This document shows, piece by piece, positions 40,863 to 53,390 of a DNA stretch of 64,000 nt. A program made the position numbers and the translations under genes. The stretch's first letter is position 1, and the number at the start of each line of letters is the position of its first letter. Under the pieces are notes generated by a model, which searched no databases, was not told where the DNA came from, and worked only from the letters and a program-made list of their open reading frames with translations. This DNA is from Ophelia neglecta (lineage: Eukaryota), in contig OZ260663.1 of NCBI GenBank assembly GCA_965285935.1, positions 29,264,001-29,328,000 on the forward strand. The letters run 5' to 3'.

Positions 40863-41049
40863 CCTGGCGTGGAGTTCTGGAAGGTGGGAAACTTAAGTTG
40901 TTTTTACTTAAGTCACTAAGTTAGAATAGGCTTGGCTCTAGTTCTTGTCTTAAACTAAAGTCTGAGACAAGGACATGGGCAAAACCAATTATTATTTACC
41001 GATTTAAGTCGAAACTTAAGTCGAAACTCTTTAAGAACTCCACCCCAGG
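40863..41049. mobile_element. MITE, probably PIF/Harbinger type
   Basis: Inverted termini CCTGGCGTGGAGTTCT / AGAACTCCACCCCAGG (15/16), CWG at both junctions, internal CTTAAG repeats. Confidence 0.65.
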
Positions 41050-41275
41050 CGATCATGGGTTAACTTCATTCCAAAAACATAATCGAAGTAGGATATAGTT
41101 TGTGCCCGATAACCTACTACCGAGACCGTGGAAACATGTTCTCCAACTAGCATCTAGAGAACACTACTCGTTCAAGACATATTAATATTATAAGACATTG
41201 TTTACCGAGGTAGTAAGCCCTATATTCACAAGGCATTTTTGTCATTTGGTGAGAACAAATCCCTTCATAACATTT

Positions 41276-41480
41276 TCAAAAAGGCGCCTCCGTGCAACGA
41301 GCGTTGACATTATTTTCTGATAATCTATAGCCTATTGACACGTGATTACCGGAAATGGGAAATGAAGACTTTTGGCCGAAATAGGGCCAGCCGAAGATTT
41401 GACATACTGTAAACCAGCAGCCACTTTTCACACCATTAAGGCTGAATTCTATTCCAAAACTGTGGCCAGCAAGAGGTATA
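41276..41480 (-). pseudogene. Decayed cadherin repeat fragment
   Basis: GIEFSLNGVKSGCWFTVCQIFG...GYRLS...VNARCTE resembles GxIxYSL....WFxVDxxTG...YxLxVxAxD. Confidence 0.55.
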
Positions 41481-41482
41481 TA

Positions 41483-41675
41483 TATTCTTAATGACATTCT
41501 TATTTACATTCTTATCATTTTCATTTAAAAACACACTCTCTGTAAAGGAGGAATTAAAACAATATTCAGAGAGTGTGTTTTTGAATGACAAAAGAATGTA
41601 AATAAGAATAGTAATGAGAATGTCAATAAGAATGTTATTATCAGATGGTTAATAAGAATGTTAATAAGGATGTTT
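41483..41675. repeat. Foldback inverted repeat with 12-bp subrepeat arms
   Basis: Perfect 16-bp inner stem AAAAACACACTCTCTG (41527-41542) / CAGAGAGTGTGTTTTT (41567-41582) around a 24-nt loop. Arms continue as ACATTCTTATT-like and AATAAGAATGT-like 12-mers. Confidence 0.85.
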
Positions 41676-43599
41676 ATATAATTATAACACAATGCCATGG
41701 CTGCCATCTCTAGTCCAGGTGTACTAATGCGGTGGACTGGAATTTTGCAGTGCTATGTAAGAAGCTCAACTAGGCTTAATAATGTCAGCTCCGACTGGAC
41801 CTATTGGATAGAAGCAACTTTAGAGACAATATCGTCAAAAGAGTAGATCATTTATTTGGCACGGCCTGTATGCACGCTGCCTGGCAACATCGTTTCTGTT
41901 GAGGCCCATTTTGCCATTAGACGGTAACCGGAATATCTCCCCAAGCATGAATCAAGAATGACAAGTTTCACGAGACATTTAGCCTATACTTAAAACAATA
42001 TCACCACCGCCTGTTTTCACAGCAATTACTTTATCACAGCCACATGATTCGATTTACTTCGATTGTGCATTTGACACTATTTCGATCAATTTAAATACTA
42101 ATACATCTTGCTTGTTCTATATTCAATATGCCTAGTGCGAATTGGCAATGATAAAAAAGTTAGTTTATTCATATCTATTGGGAACTAGCGGGAGAAAGAA
42201 AATAGATTGACCACCATGTCTCGTATATCAAATAAAAGACTTGCGTTATTATCACATAAAATATATAATTCTGTTACTTGAAATGATAACCGTATATGTT
42301 TTATTCTTAAGTATATTCGTAGCCCGCCCTTTCGTGCTAATGCCGATCGTCAGAATATTTCTATATTGCTAATTAATTACATTACTAGGTACGAAGGGAC
42401 CTTCTATCATTGATTAAACTCTTAGTATTGCATACAGAGTTATCCTGACGGCCGTTGGCAGGGTCAAGTCGACTGTAATCTCGCGCACACTTAATTCCGA
42501 TCAGTAATAAGGCTTGGTACTTATACTGTGCGAAATAATACGGTGTGCGAATTACTGCTTGTTATTGGACTCAAATGGACCAAGGCGCCAATCTGTGTGG
42601 TACTAAAGGCTGCATGTTGTTACCTGACTTTACCCTATATCGATGGCTTATTAACAAATGGTTAGAAGTAATCTACTGTGACTATGGTCACTACACTGCC
42701 TCTTTAACTATCTAACTCGCGGGAACGAGTTTATAGAAAGTTATTGACATCTTATCGTTCCATATGATATTTAGCTATTCCAGCTCAATCGATCGGTGTC
42801 GTGCCTTCATTATGCTTTCCATATATTACTAGGAGAAATGAAAGGATTTGCCGCGCTCAGGCCTATAATCCCTGATCGCGGAACAGAATTAACATTATAT
42901 CAATATAAGCTTTTCATTATCAAAGTGAAAAATGAACCCAACTGTAAAACGGATAACAACCAGCAGATGAAAAGCTTAAGTTTTTTTTATCATCCAGACT
43001 AACGCGATATGCCTATACGCTTATCGCTGTCCGCTTTTATTCATATACCCATTCACTTCATAAAACGATGCACCTTCACATAACTATTCAATGCAATTCA
43101 TACTTTTTCATCGGAGGTTTTTACCCGCCACGGTCATTCTGCGAATAGCAGTCAGTGAAATGGATCACACCAAAAAGGCTATTAGGCAGCGTGTAAAGAG
43201 AGGCTTTTTCAATAGAACACCACATTTCAATGGTGTCCAATCAAACCAAATAGATTCATTTCAAAAGGTTGGCGGTTGGTATTGGTTTAGCAAAAATTAC
43301 CGATCTAAATCATGTCTGGGTTTGTGGGGCGTTATCGGTGTGCATGGTGTGCTATCTCATAAGTCCTAACACTCGGCAAAGTGATAACCTGTGGTAAAGG
43401 GAATACAATTTAAAAAATATCCAATTTTATAGAAAACCCTATTACTTACCGCCCATTTCAACTCATTACACTTATAATTAAAAATCACAAACTGCAAATA
43501 AATGTTAGCCTTACAATAATTGCAAATGTGGGTTTTAGGAATTAAGATCACAAGTGTGAGACCACAGTATTATTACGGTGGCTACCAGACCAGACAGCA

Positions 43600-46500
43600 A
43601 AGGAGGCAACTTGGTCATTTCAGGAATATAATGAATTGTGCCCTTGAAAAGGCAATCTGGAACAATGACCTCGAGAGCCCAACTACAATAATTATGTTGG
43701 ATGTATGTTTTCAATCAAACCTTGACCGGTACATCACTCGAAATGTAGTTATTAGCCCCCATTCTGCGGAGACATGCAAGGGGTAAAATAATTGAAAGGG
43801 AATAAATAGATGGATGTAGTTTGTCAACAAAATTATATTTGTCAACTGCATCTGCATGTTTTTAACTAAATAATCGTTGAAGATATATAAGACAAGCAAC
43901 GGTAATGGGTTTTGTAGTTGTTTTCATAATTAGACAAAATTATTTAAACCCAATACTAAATCTTTCTCCGATACACATAACAAAACAAATGCTGAAGTGA
44001 TCTAGTTATATATTTCGACTACTGGAACTTAAATTATTTCTTAATAATTGAGACTGGCCACATTGCACGTTTCCTTCAAACCTGTACTGCTTTACCAAGC
44101 TTCGAGAACGTCACGTAGGCTACATTGAGGAGGCTGCCTTCAAGTCTAAACGGGTGACACCCATCTAATCTATTCGCAGCCTTTTGTAGTCGCAATTTTA
44201 GCAGCTTATAAAAACTGCTTGGCATGTTCACACTTGCGTATTTCCCATGGAATTTGAAATCCTGATGAAATAAGTTTTGCTTGTGATAAATGGAGTCACT
44301 CAGGTCAACAAGATTTTGTGTGTGCCACGAACACGTTTCCATCAAACTAAACTTTTCAAGGCTCTAAAAAGTTATAATTGCCTTGGCCAAGAAAGCGTTT
44401 CAAACATTTAATCTGCAAAGGTTCGTTCCCATTTTGGCTCCTTTAACACTGCAACGGAATTTGAGTCGTGGCACTTAAGATTGACACGTTTGTTGTAAAT
44501 TAACAAAAAGTTGCAAGATGTTTGCTTAAATTAATTTTTTAATACATTCAAATACATTGGTGAATTGATTGTTAAAATAGGCAAATACATAAAGCTTCCT
44601 GAAATTGAAAAGCTGATTTCCATTCTTGCACACTATGAAACTATGAACCATTCATTTGAATTTATATGTTTGGAATCATCTCAATGGTGGATTTATACAT
44701 TTAAAGGATTGATCTGTTTACATACGTTTGGTTATATTTTGAAGGCCAGTGTTAGAATGTTTTTTGTGAGGAGGATTAACGTAGAATATAATGATATAAT
44801 CTGTTTTCGTGATTTCCTTGTGCACTGATGGGCACGGGTCACTGAGCTCTGAGAGAGAAGTTTGGCCCCGTTATAACACCGACTCTTACTAGTCCAACTT
44901 ATGTTCATATTGGGATCGAGCAATAGTGTAATGCTATCCTATCTGTCATGTGCTTTAAAAAAGTCCTTTAACTTGTATCCTGTTTCCTCTCAATGGGTAA
45001 TTAATCCATACCAATGAAGGTAAAGCACTGTTCACCAATACCGCATGCCTCTGAGGGGTTCATGTGTGGAAGCCATCATATTGACAAGTCTATTTCGACC
45101 TGACGCTGAGCATTTAAGCCTATAGCAATTTCCATACATTTTTACACTGGGTATTCTCACTAGTTTTCTTGTATTTCATCAGATTCGAGCCGATCTGTGA
45201 ATTCCTGCCATGTATATAACTCATGGCCACTTCTGAACTCTTTAATGGACGTTTGAGCTCGTAAATCTTGTCTTTGTCTTTGTTTGGTCATTGTCAGTGA
45301 CTGTCACCGACTCGACTTGGTTCATCATGGGTGAATTAACCATATTGTGACGTTTACATACCGGGCAAAGTGTACTACTGTGCTAAGGTACCAATATGTC
45401 CAATACGACATAATTATTATTTCACACTTCACTACATTCGTGAGCATTTCAGTCACAAGGGAATTTAAATGCAATTCTTAAGTAAACTCATTGCTGAAGC
45501 ACGCCACTCCCAGATCATTCAATGAAGAAAAACATTGCTAACACCTACGGCAACACTAATCGATCGACTGAAATTGAAAATTGTTCTTTGATGCTCGCCA
45601 TTATTGATGTTATGCCGGACAAAACCCTGTTCTGTCTGGAGAGATACAATGTCGCTGGCAATCTCCTTAAAACGCGCTTTGTGTCGGTGTCAGCCTTTGT
45701 TCCCTGTTGTCTTTCACCTTGCACGATTTATGGTTGGCACCGTCAAACCAGGTCGGGCAAGTTCATCTCTGTCGGAAAAAAACGCTTAAGTGGCTGATAT
45801 TTTTTTTTGCTTCTCGACTATAGCAATTGCCCAGGTGGCATAATTTCACTATCCAACACATGTGCTAACATTTTTACTAGGGATTTCTGGAATAATGATT
45901 GAATTAATTAAGAAAAGTATTGGCTTTGACTGATTGGCGAGGCAACATTTCACGTAGTTCTCTTTTTGGATCATGTATGGTACTAAAGATCGAGTTAAGA
46001 AAGCTCACATGTCTTGACCAATGTCTTGGCCGCTGCATGAGTTTCTGCTGTAAATTGTCTCCTGTAAGAGGTGATCTAATGACCGGATCTCGGGTTTCTG
46101 GCGTACTCTGGGTAATATCGTGAGGAGGAATTGGGTAAGCACCACTATCACCGGAGACTTCTTATGGCAGCGCCCGGCGATGGGCAATTCTCTGTGGATT
46201 AGGCCACTAATGGTATTAAACGAGGCTAATTACGCCCGACCGACACATTGATGTCCCCTCGGGGATACTGTAGTGCTTATTATCTGCACTGACTTTATGA
46301 CCTTGGGTCGAAATGACCGCAGACGAACGAATGGCCCGACAGCGATAATCCCACAGGTTACATTAATATCTCTTATGTTCTGGTACCTTGACCTGATTGG
46401 TTTGGCGTTTATCAGAAATACCTTACCTTGTGATGATTACAGATGAAATTCCATGCACTCTTTGCACTCCTTTGGGTGGTTTATACTTTTTGCCAATCGT

Positions 46501-46700
46501 AAAAAACAGTTTAGGGTATAATTTCCCGACTAATACCCCCCCCCCTTCTTTTTTCTCATTATTATCAATTGCTCCATTTCCAGGCATCCGTATGGGTGGC
46601 GTGTTAGACAAAATGGTTATCTCAAGTGTCCCAAATGAAGCGATCGGACCGGGGACCGGGTTATATTGAGAGGTTTTCTTTGGTTTGAGAGGTTGCCTTC
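43600..46700 (-). pseudogene. Cluster of decayed cadherin repeat fragments
   Basis: QPL...TSQYN...GTLEITILSNTPPI (46.6-46.7 kb); SLDHLLQETIY..GQDIG (46.0-46.1 kb); VAVGVSNV / NDL...FSN / SLVTE (45.4-45.6 kb); VESVTVTDND (45284-45316); NLVDLSDS / SMGNTQV*T (44.2-44.3 kb); YPLHVSAEWG and YIPE (43.6-43.8 kb). Confidence 0.6.
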
Positions 46701-48004
46701 AAAAAACATTCTGTCTTTCCCCTCCCAATAGGAATATAAGAATTGAACGCGACCAAAGGTCCCACAGCCCTCTGGTTACCAGGACTCTACAATCTCATGA
46801 ATCTGCGGAGAATGAGGCAGACTTATATATCCATGTGTATCGGCCTAGACATATACCCTGTTTTTGCAAGAACTCTTTTTGAATGTCCTTCTTCCCTTCG
46901 ACATTCATCATTGGTTGCTGGCAAAGTTAAAAAGCGATGCAAATTCATTAAGGGGACATGCTGTCCGAACCCCACAAAAATTAAGATTATTAACTTTATT
47001 TTATCGATACAAATTACTTGATCCGATAATTCCGCTTATATCTAGCCTGAGATCTGCCATATTTATCCTACTGCTCTGATAGATTTTGTCCTCCCTACGG
47101 AACACTTGGCAGACAATAAAAACCAAAAACTTCTCAATGCTCAGATGTCGTCTGCCCGAATGTATGTTATAGAATTTGTCTGATGTTCATGAATGATCTT
47201 AAAAGGACCGAGTTGTCTGTGGACTTGCTGGAAGATTGCAGATAGCATTCAGCAGTCTTTGATTACAATCCTAGGATAAATGTTAGGGAGGCATACCGTT
47301 TATACGTGTCATAGCCCAGGGAAGAGGTTGGTAATTCCGGCCACATTCGTCTTGCTGCCATTTTGGCATGACAGAGCAGCTTAATGTTTGTCGTCAGTAT
47401 TCCGGTGTAAAGCACGATGTGTAATACATCATTTTTTTTCAAATTATGTTTAGGAAATAACATTTGTACGGGAATTTATCTTTAAAAAAGCATTTTAGCA
47501 AAATATGTTATACGTACTTAGCTACGGCCAATACAGGCTATGATCAAACAATGCCACTTCTGTTTTGCTCAGTAAATTCATGGGATATTTGTAGTGCTAT
47601 CATTCCCAAACGACTAACAGGTTTAAGAAACTGTTTGCAACATTACTCAAAGCTAGAAAATAATTTTAAAGAGTTAAGTTTCTTATGAAATAACTGTGGT
47701 TAAAGTTTAAATAATCTGCAAGAGCACATGACTTGTCGACTCAAAACTTCTGTTTTAGTTGCTTATAGAAATAAACAACATTGATAATTTTGTAGCAGAA
47801 AAGTATTTCAAATGCAAAACTTGCTAGAAATACAAAGCGAAAACAAGTCAAATTTGTTACTCCAAGTCTCATAAGAACTATAAGTATTGAAATTAATTAT
47901 GAACTAATGCTATCTTTCTATATATTCGTCTCCATCGAACTATTCTAAAATATAGGCCTACTAAGCTTATATTTATTAGTTACGGGTGGATGTTGTCCAA
48001 TCTC

Positions 48005-48150
48005 ATGAGTGGAGGTAGGGGTTGTATGTATAGGTGTTATGTAAGGGTGTGGGGTGTAATGTGTGGAGGTAGGGGTGATATATATAGGTCTTCTAGGGTG
48101 TGGGGTGTCATGTGTGGAGGTAGGGGTTGTATGTATGGGTGTCATGTGTC
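48005..48150 (+). repeat. G-rich tandem repeat, about 52-bp unit, about 2.7 copies
   Basis: GTGGAGGTAGGGGT three times and AGGGTGTGGGGTGT twice. Confidence 0.85.
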
Positions 48151-48179
48151 AAGTGGCTGGAAGTGGTTTGGAGGAGTTA

Positions 48180-48510
48180 TTAGAGACTGTATATACTCCT
48201 GGAACTGTTTCTCACATGATGTCAGGTCATGCTCACACGTGCATTTCATTGCCACCTCCTTGCTTCATCAGCTCTGCTATCTATCTTGCTCCAAGATCGA
48301 GAGATTGTTTATACTTCTATTTTCATGTTCATGTGTAACTTAACCTATACCTTGTGTAGCACTTTACCATATATGTAAATTATGATTCGTAATTACCCAT
48401 TATAGGGGGATGCAATAAGCTCCTTGGAGCTTCCATATTATTCTCCTTCCACTATTATGTATCGTTTTATATATATGACAGAAAAAAAAGTATTTCTATG
48501 TATGATATGT
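48180..48510 (+). mobile_element. Possible 3' end of an L2/Crack-like LINE
   Basis: SWNCFSHDVRSCS resembles LWNSLPxDIRSCxS, followed by a T-rich UTR with an AAGCTCC-TT-GGAGCTT hairpin and an A-rich end. Confidence 0.4.
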
Positions 48511-49112
48511 GGTAATAAACTTCAATTCAAAAACTTCACTTCATTCCTTCTGGACGATCATGAAGAGGAAAGTTATTTCCAATCTCTGGCAGTTTACTAA
48601 ACGTTTAATTAAGATCATTTAGAACTCATTTAACAAATATACTGTATAATAAGAACTGCTAATATATGGGCGTGAATGCGATGTAAAAGGTATACATGTT
48701 TTGGATGATGCTCAGGACTAGGCTGGCCAGCAAGTCGAGACATCCTATTTCTGACTCTGCATTGCCGTGCTCTTAGAATTGAGCAACATGCAGGTAATTA
48801 CATCTATCCCCTTTTAATGGGTTTTCTAAACACAAGCCAGTCACGTGCTAACCAAAAGGTACAAAGTTCACAATTAGATTTACCACTTGTTGTATGCATA
48901 CACGGTCGGTGCACTTCTCATTTGCCCAAACCATACGACCCATAAGATCAAATCATCGCAATATAACGCCTTACTTATTGTTAAGAATATGGGTTTGAAT
49001 TATCAAATGGCTGTGTCGATATCAATATGCTTTTTTTGCATTTTGCATATTATATATAGTAGCCTCTAGTACAGAAGACTTCCGCAGGTCTCTTCGAAAA
49101 CATGTAACGTTA

Positions 49113-49288
49113 CACTGAAACTGTGTTTGTGGTCACCTGTGTATTAAGGTCAACCGCCCACTGCGGTCAGTAAATAATTGCCTGGTCCCATCAATGCCTG
49201 TGTTAAATGAGCTGTCTAATACGGCCATCTGCATAGTGTGGTCAGTTTTTTCAGTCACTTGACTGACCTGATTAGACAGGTTTAACTG
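49113..49288. mobile_element. Degenerate pogo/Tigger-like MITE (TA TSD)
   Basis: TA-CACTGAAACTGTGT ... AGACAGGTTTAACTG-TA imperfect TIRs, with internal GGTCACCTG / GGCCATCTG subrepeats. Confidence 0.6.
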
Positions 49289-52200
49289 TATGTATGCAGA
49301 CAGCGAAGTAAAGTCTTTTTAAGGAAATCGGGCAAGGGATATTATCATTCTTAACTTATTAGGCAGTCATGTTCTCTTAGAAAAGGTCAACTACTTATTT
49401 AATATACATGTCAAGTAATATGAATTTTGAAGGTCAATTTTCGCTTTATCGACCACTCTTGGATTACCCGCATGACCTTGCCCTTGCAAGGGACCATCTC
49501 ATGTTGACGCCAAAGGCTGAATGGCAGAATGTGCGTTCTGGCCGTAATTTGCCACCTACCCACATTTTCTCCTATATATATAAGATGGTACTATAAAGGA
49601 AAACGAACTAACATGGACTATAGATGTATAAGTGTACATATATATTCATATAATTGCGCATGTATTTGTATGACTGTGTTTATATTAGCTATGTGTCTCC
49701 GCCCCCCCCCCCCCTTATATGCATCCCCCTTTGCTGCTTTTAATTAAAGAATGTTTGGTAAAAGTTGATTCATCGTCCTGTCACATTACCTGTCTCACGC
49801 AGGACTGGTGTTATGTTGCATCTAACCTTTAGGTTTTACAGAGACCCATCAGTTTTGTTGTGGGAAACTGCCGTCCGCTGCTTCTAGAGCGGTTGTCTGG
49901 TTGCTTTATCATAATCACATCCATTCCTTTACAGTATTGAATGAGGTGCCAATATCAACAAAGCCCATAACAATGACCCCTTCTCCCAACCTCGACATGT
50001 TCTGATGGTTCGGTGGCTCACACAAAGTGCACCGTACTCAGGCTTGAATATCTAGTTTCTTTATCCCCTTGTCTTTCCTCTTGTCTTAGATACATCTGGA
50101 TCAATGAATTGCCCACCACTGGGAGTAAATATAGTAATTTAGCAGATAGTAGTCGAAAATATATATGCGTGTTTCGTTCCAACAAAAAACGCGAATGGTG
50201 ACTTTATTAGGTATGATGCTATTGGATGGCCACAGTATGTAAATTAATATGATTAAACCAATCATCAATCATAAAAGGAAACACATTTTATTCACCGATT
50301 AGTTCCATGATGATCCTCCTGAACTTAACTGACGGTATGTAACATTTTGTTTACTTGTCTGTCTTATTTCAAACAACTTGAATACGCATTAAAGAGTATA
50401 ATCAGGGATTGGTGCCGTTTGCAAAAAACGGCCGAATTAAGGCCTTTGAGCTACCTACAGTAGGTATGCCAAGGTTGACCAATGAGACCTCGGCCTACAT
50501 GGCATTACGTCAAAATGGTTTTACCACAAGGTGAAGTGCAAATGGATATAAGATTTTAGATCACTTAAATCTCATTTTATAAATAGTAAACGCGAGACAA
50601 TACGTGGCGCAGGTAAGCACCTGTGTTTTCTTGGAGATGTCGTCTGCAGAGAAGGCGTGAGGCGGTGCCCCTCCCAGGGAGCGGCTCTTGCGCGACCATC
50701 ACTTGCTTTAAGGCGGCCCACGCATCCCGGCACTTCACTTTCCGGGTGGTCGCCCCCGGGGACTGAACGGTAATCCCACTAGCGCATTGCCCGCTTAACT
50801 GGAAACCTTATTTGTTTGACAATATCTTGATTGGCCACCCAGGCCAGAGTCTCTCTGTGGAATAAGTAGTCATTCGACCTTAAATGTCCTAATCTTACCA
50901 ATGGATATTACCGGAATCTTGTTTTACTCAACAGACTCTCCAATGAAGATTGCCAGGCATTCCAGTAATTTGGAATATGGATTTTCGGCCATATAAAAAC
51001 TTTGTGCCATTAGTTTCATCAATTGAATTTCTCCATAGTTTGGAACATCAGTTTGTGCAACATCCAGCCTCAGTCTGTTTTATGCCCTTGCCGTGATTGG
51101 CATTTACTGGGCATTCCATCACAGCGTCTGCTGGGCAATTGTGCCTCGATCTGATCTCAGCATCCCAGGATCTGGCAGACAGTGACAGATACTGGATATC
51201 TCAACCCTGAAGGAATCACGACACGTCGTGATTGCCGCCAGCTTCTCACAGGCCGATTACGTTTAGTGAGTGTTTTTCATGCTGTAGTGGAAACCGGTGT
51301 ATCGCGTTTGACGAGAAACTCGCCTGAAGCGAGGCTCAGCAAACCAACTCATTCTCCTTCCGTAGCGTTTTCAGATATTACCGAGATACATTTCGAATAC
51401 TTACTAATAATATAGAAATTAATGTTTGAATAGGAACTACGTGGAGGAACGGAAGTGTTTCCAGTTAAATTGCAACCACTTGAGAAATCTCTAATATTTT
51501 TTTTTAAGGGAAATAGTTTTTTCGTTTGAGGTAAACTGACTGTTAAGCAGAAAATAACCTAGCAGCATCACATCATAGATAATCTATACATGCTGCAGAA
51601 GAGGAGCATCTCGGATTAATTATATATTAGATTCAAATAGCGAGAGAAAGAATAAGAAACATTAACTGTCAAAGGGAGCCATTCCGTGAAAGACACCCTC
51701 AGTCCCTTTGAGCAGTATCAGGGCTCATATCCATCGATCGCGGGTTTCATTAACTCGGACGGGCATACGCCAGGAGTAGGCTTATATGAAAGAGAATCCC
51801 CGGTTTCTTTACATTGACTGCCATAATTGAAGGATCGGCGTAACAGTGTATGGACGGATTGCCAATTTATTCAGATATTGACATAAAATTCGGATCAATG
51901 TATGATGTACATACAGGTTCATTTGAGTAACTGGTGCAGATAGGAGAAAACATAGAATTTCACCGATATAGATAAAATAAAACATGGCCGTTCTGTTATC
52001 TTCGGTTCCAGGGATTATGTTCCTTTTATGGACGAGCTGCTTCCAAGAAACCGGTAAGGATATTTTTCTAAGATAATGAGCTCATTTTTAGAGCATATAT
52101 ATAAATATATAGGTCTATATCTTTCTCGTAAATATGAAGTTCGCTATAAGAAAGATGGTTCAATCCTCCCGAACAATGTTCTATCAACCACATTAGTAAT

Positions 52201-52739
52201 TTGAAAAAAAAATTGTCCTGCTTGAAATCTACGTGGGGGTTTTTATCATGTATGCATCACAATATCTGAAAAGCGTTAGTTAGAAAACTGAGAGGCCATT
52301 GTGTACATATCTCAATAACACAACACAAGAACTTATTTAGCCAATAGAACACATTGACACATGTAAAACAGCTCCCTGTGTGGTTGCGTTTGCACGGTCT
52401 CGGTGGTGTGTAGGCCTACAATTACTGTTTTGCTATGCAAACAGTTCAGATCTCGTCAATGTAAATGGCTTCGAATAAGCGTGTGTAATCTGCCGTCATG
52501 AACCGTAAAAAGAGCAATCAGACATTTATTAGTAACCCTGGAAACCATCTCGCCGGTAGGTCTGCTTATTTTACATTCTTTTTCCATCAACCGATCACAG
52601 ACCTGTCCGTTACTGGCCAATTTGTGCGCTCAATAAGCAGTTAATGTCAGTATCCACATTCTTAAATGCACATTCCAACAGTATCAAAATTAAGAATTAA
52701 AGCATGGACCGCCAATTTTTAGCTATAGCAAGGCACTGT

Positions 52740-53390
52740 AACTTCAAACATTAAGTGTGCCATCGGCATGAAGCTTAAGGTGAAGTGTCGCCCTTATGCG
52801 TGTGGAGATCAGACGCGGCCACTCGCTATTTTCAAATCACCGACCAAGATTTTGACCCCATGCGTAAACCATCTTTCCCCTTGAGTCGTTTATGCTGTGC
52901 CAAGTCGGAACCTCTGGCACAGGAGAGCCAAGGGCATTTTGCTCCTAACTCCGTTCGCGCCTCCAGAAGGCCAAGCTGCACTGTATGCAGTCTCCGGGCA
53001 ATGGACCGATTCTCAACGTATGGTTTTATGATGAATGGGCAACTAAAGAATCCGATCTCTGTTTACTATATGATTAATATCACAGTAAATTTTTGTTTTA
53101 GAGGACAAAAGGTATTGGGCCTAGCTATTAGAACTTGAGATAGATATACATGCAGAAATAAGCCTCTTAAAAAGGTGATTTGTAGGCACCTTTCATACTT
53201 GCCTTCTATATATTACGTAAAGGTCACTTTTCCTCTGCACAGCGTTGGTTCTGATAACCATATACCGTGAGTAGTGTCTCCTCGCAGAAGATTCACAGAA
53301 ACACTTTTTGGCCACAAATAATGTAATTTTTGACCAGCAAATGGGCATAAGCGGAGGCACGGAGTTCCTTTTTTCCAGGGCAATTTTCAA
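52740..53390 (-). pseudogene. Decayed cadherin repeat fragments
   Basis: IALEKRNSVPPL resembles IxVEDxNDxPPxF (53193-53390). RVAASDL resembles VxASDxD (about 52800-52825). Confidence 0.45.
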
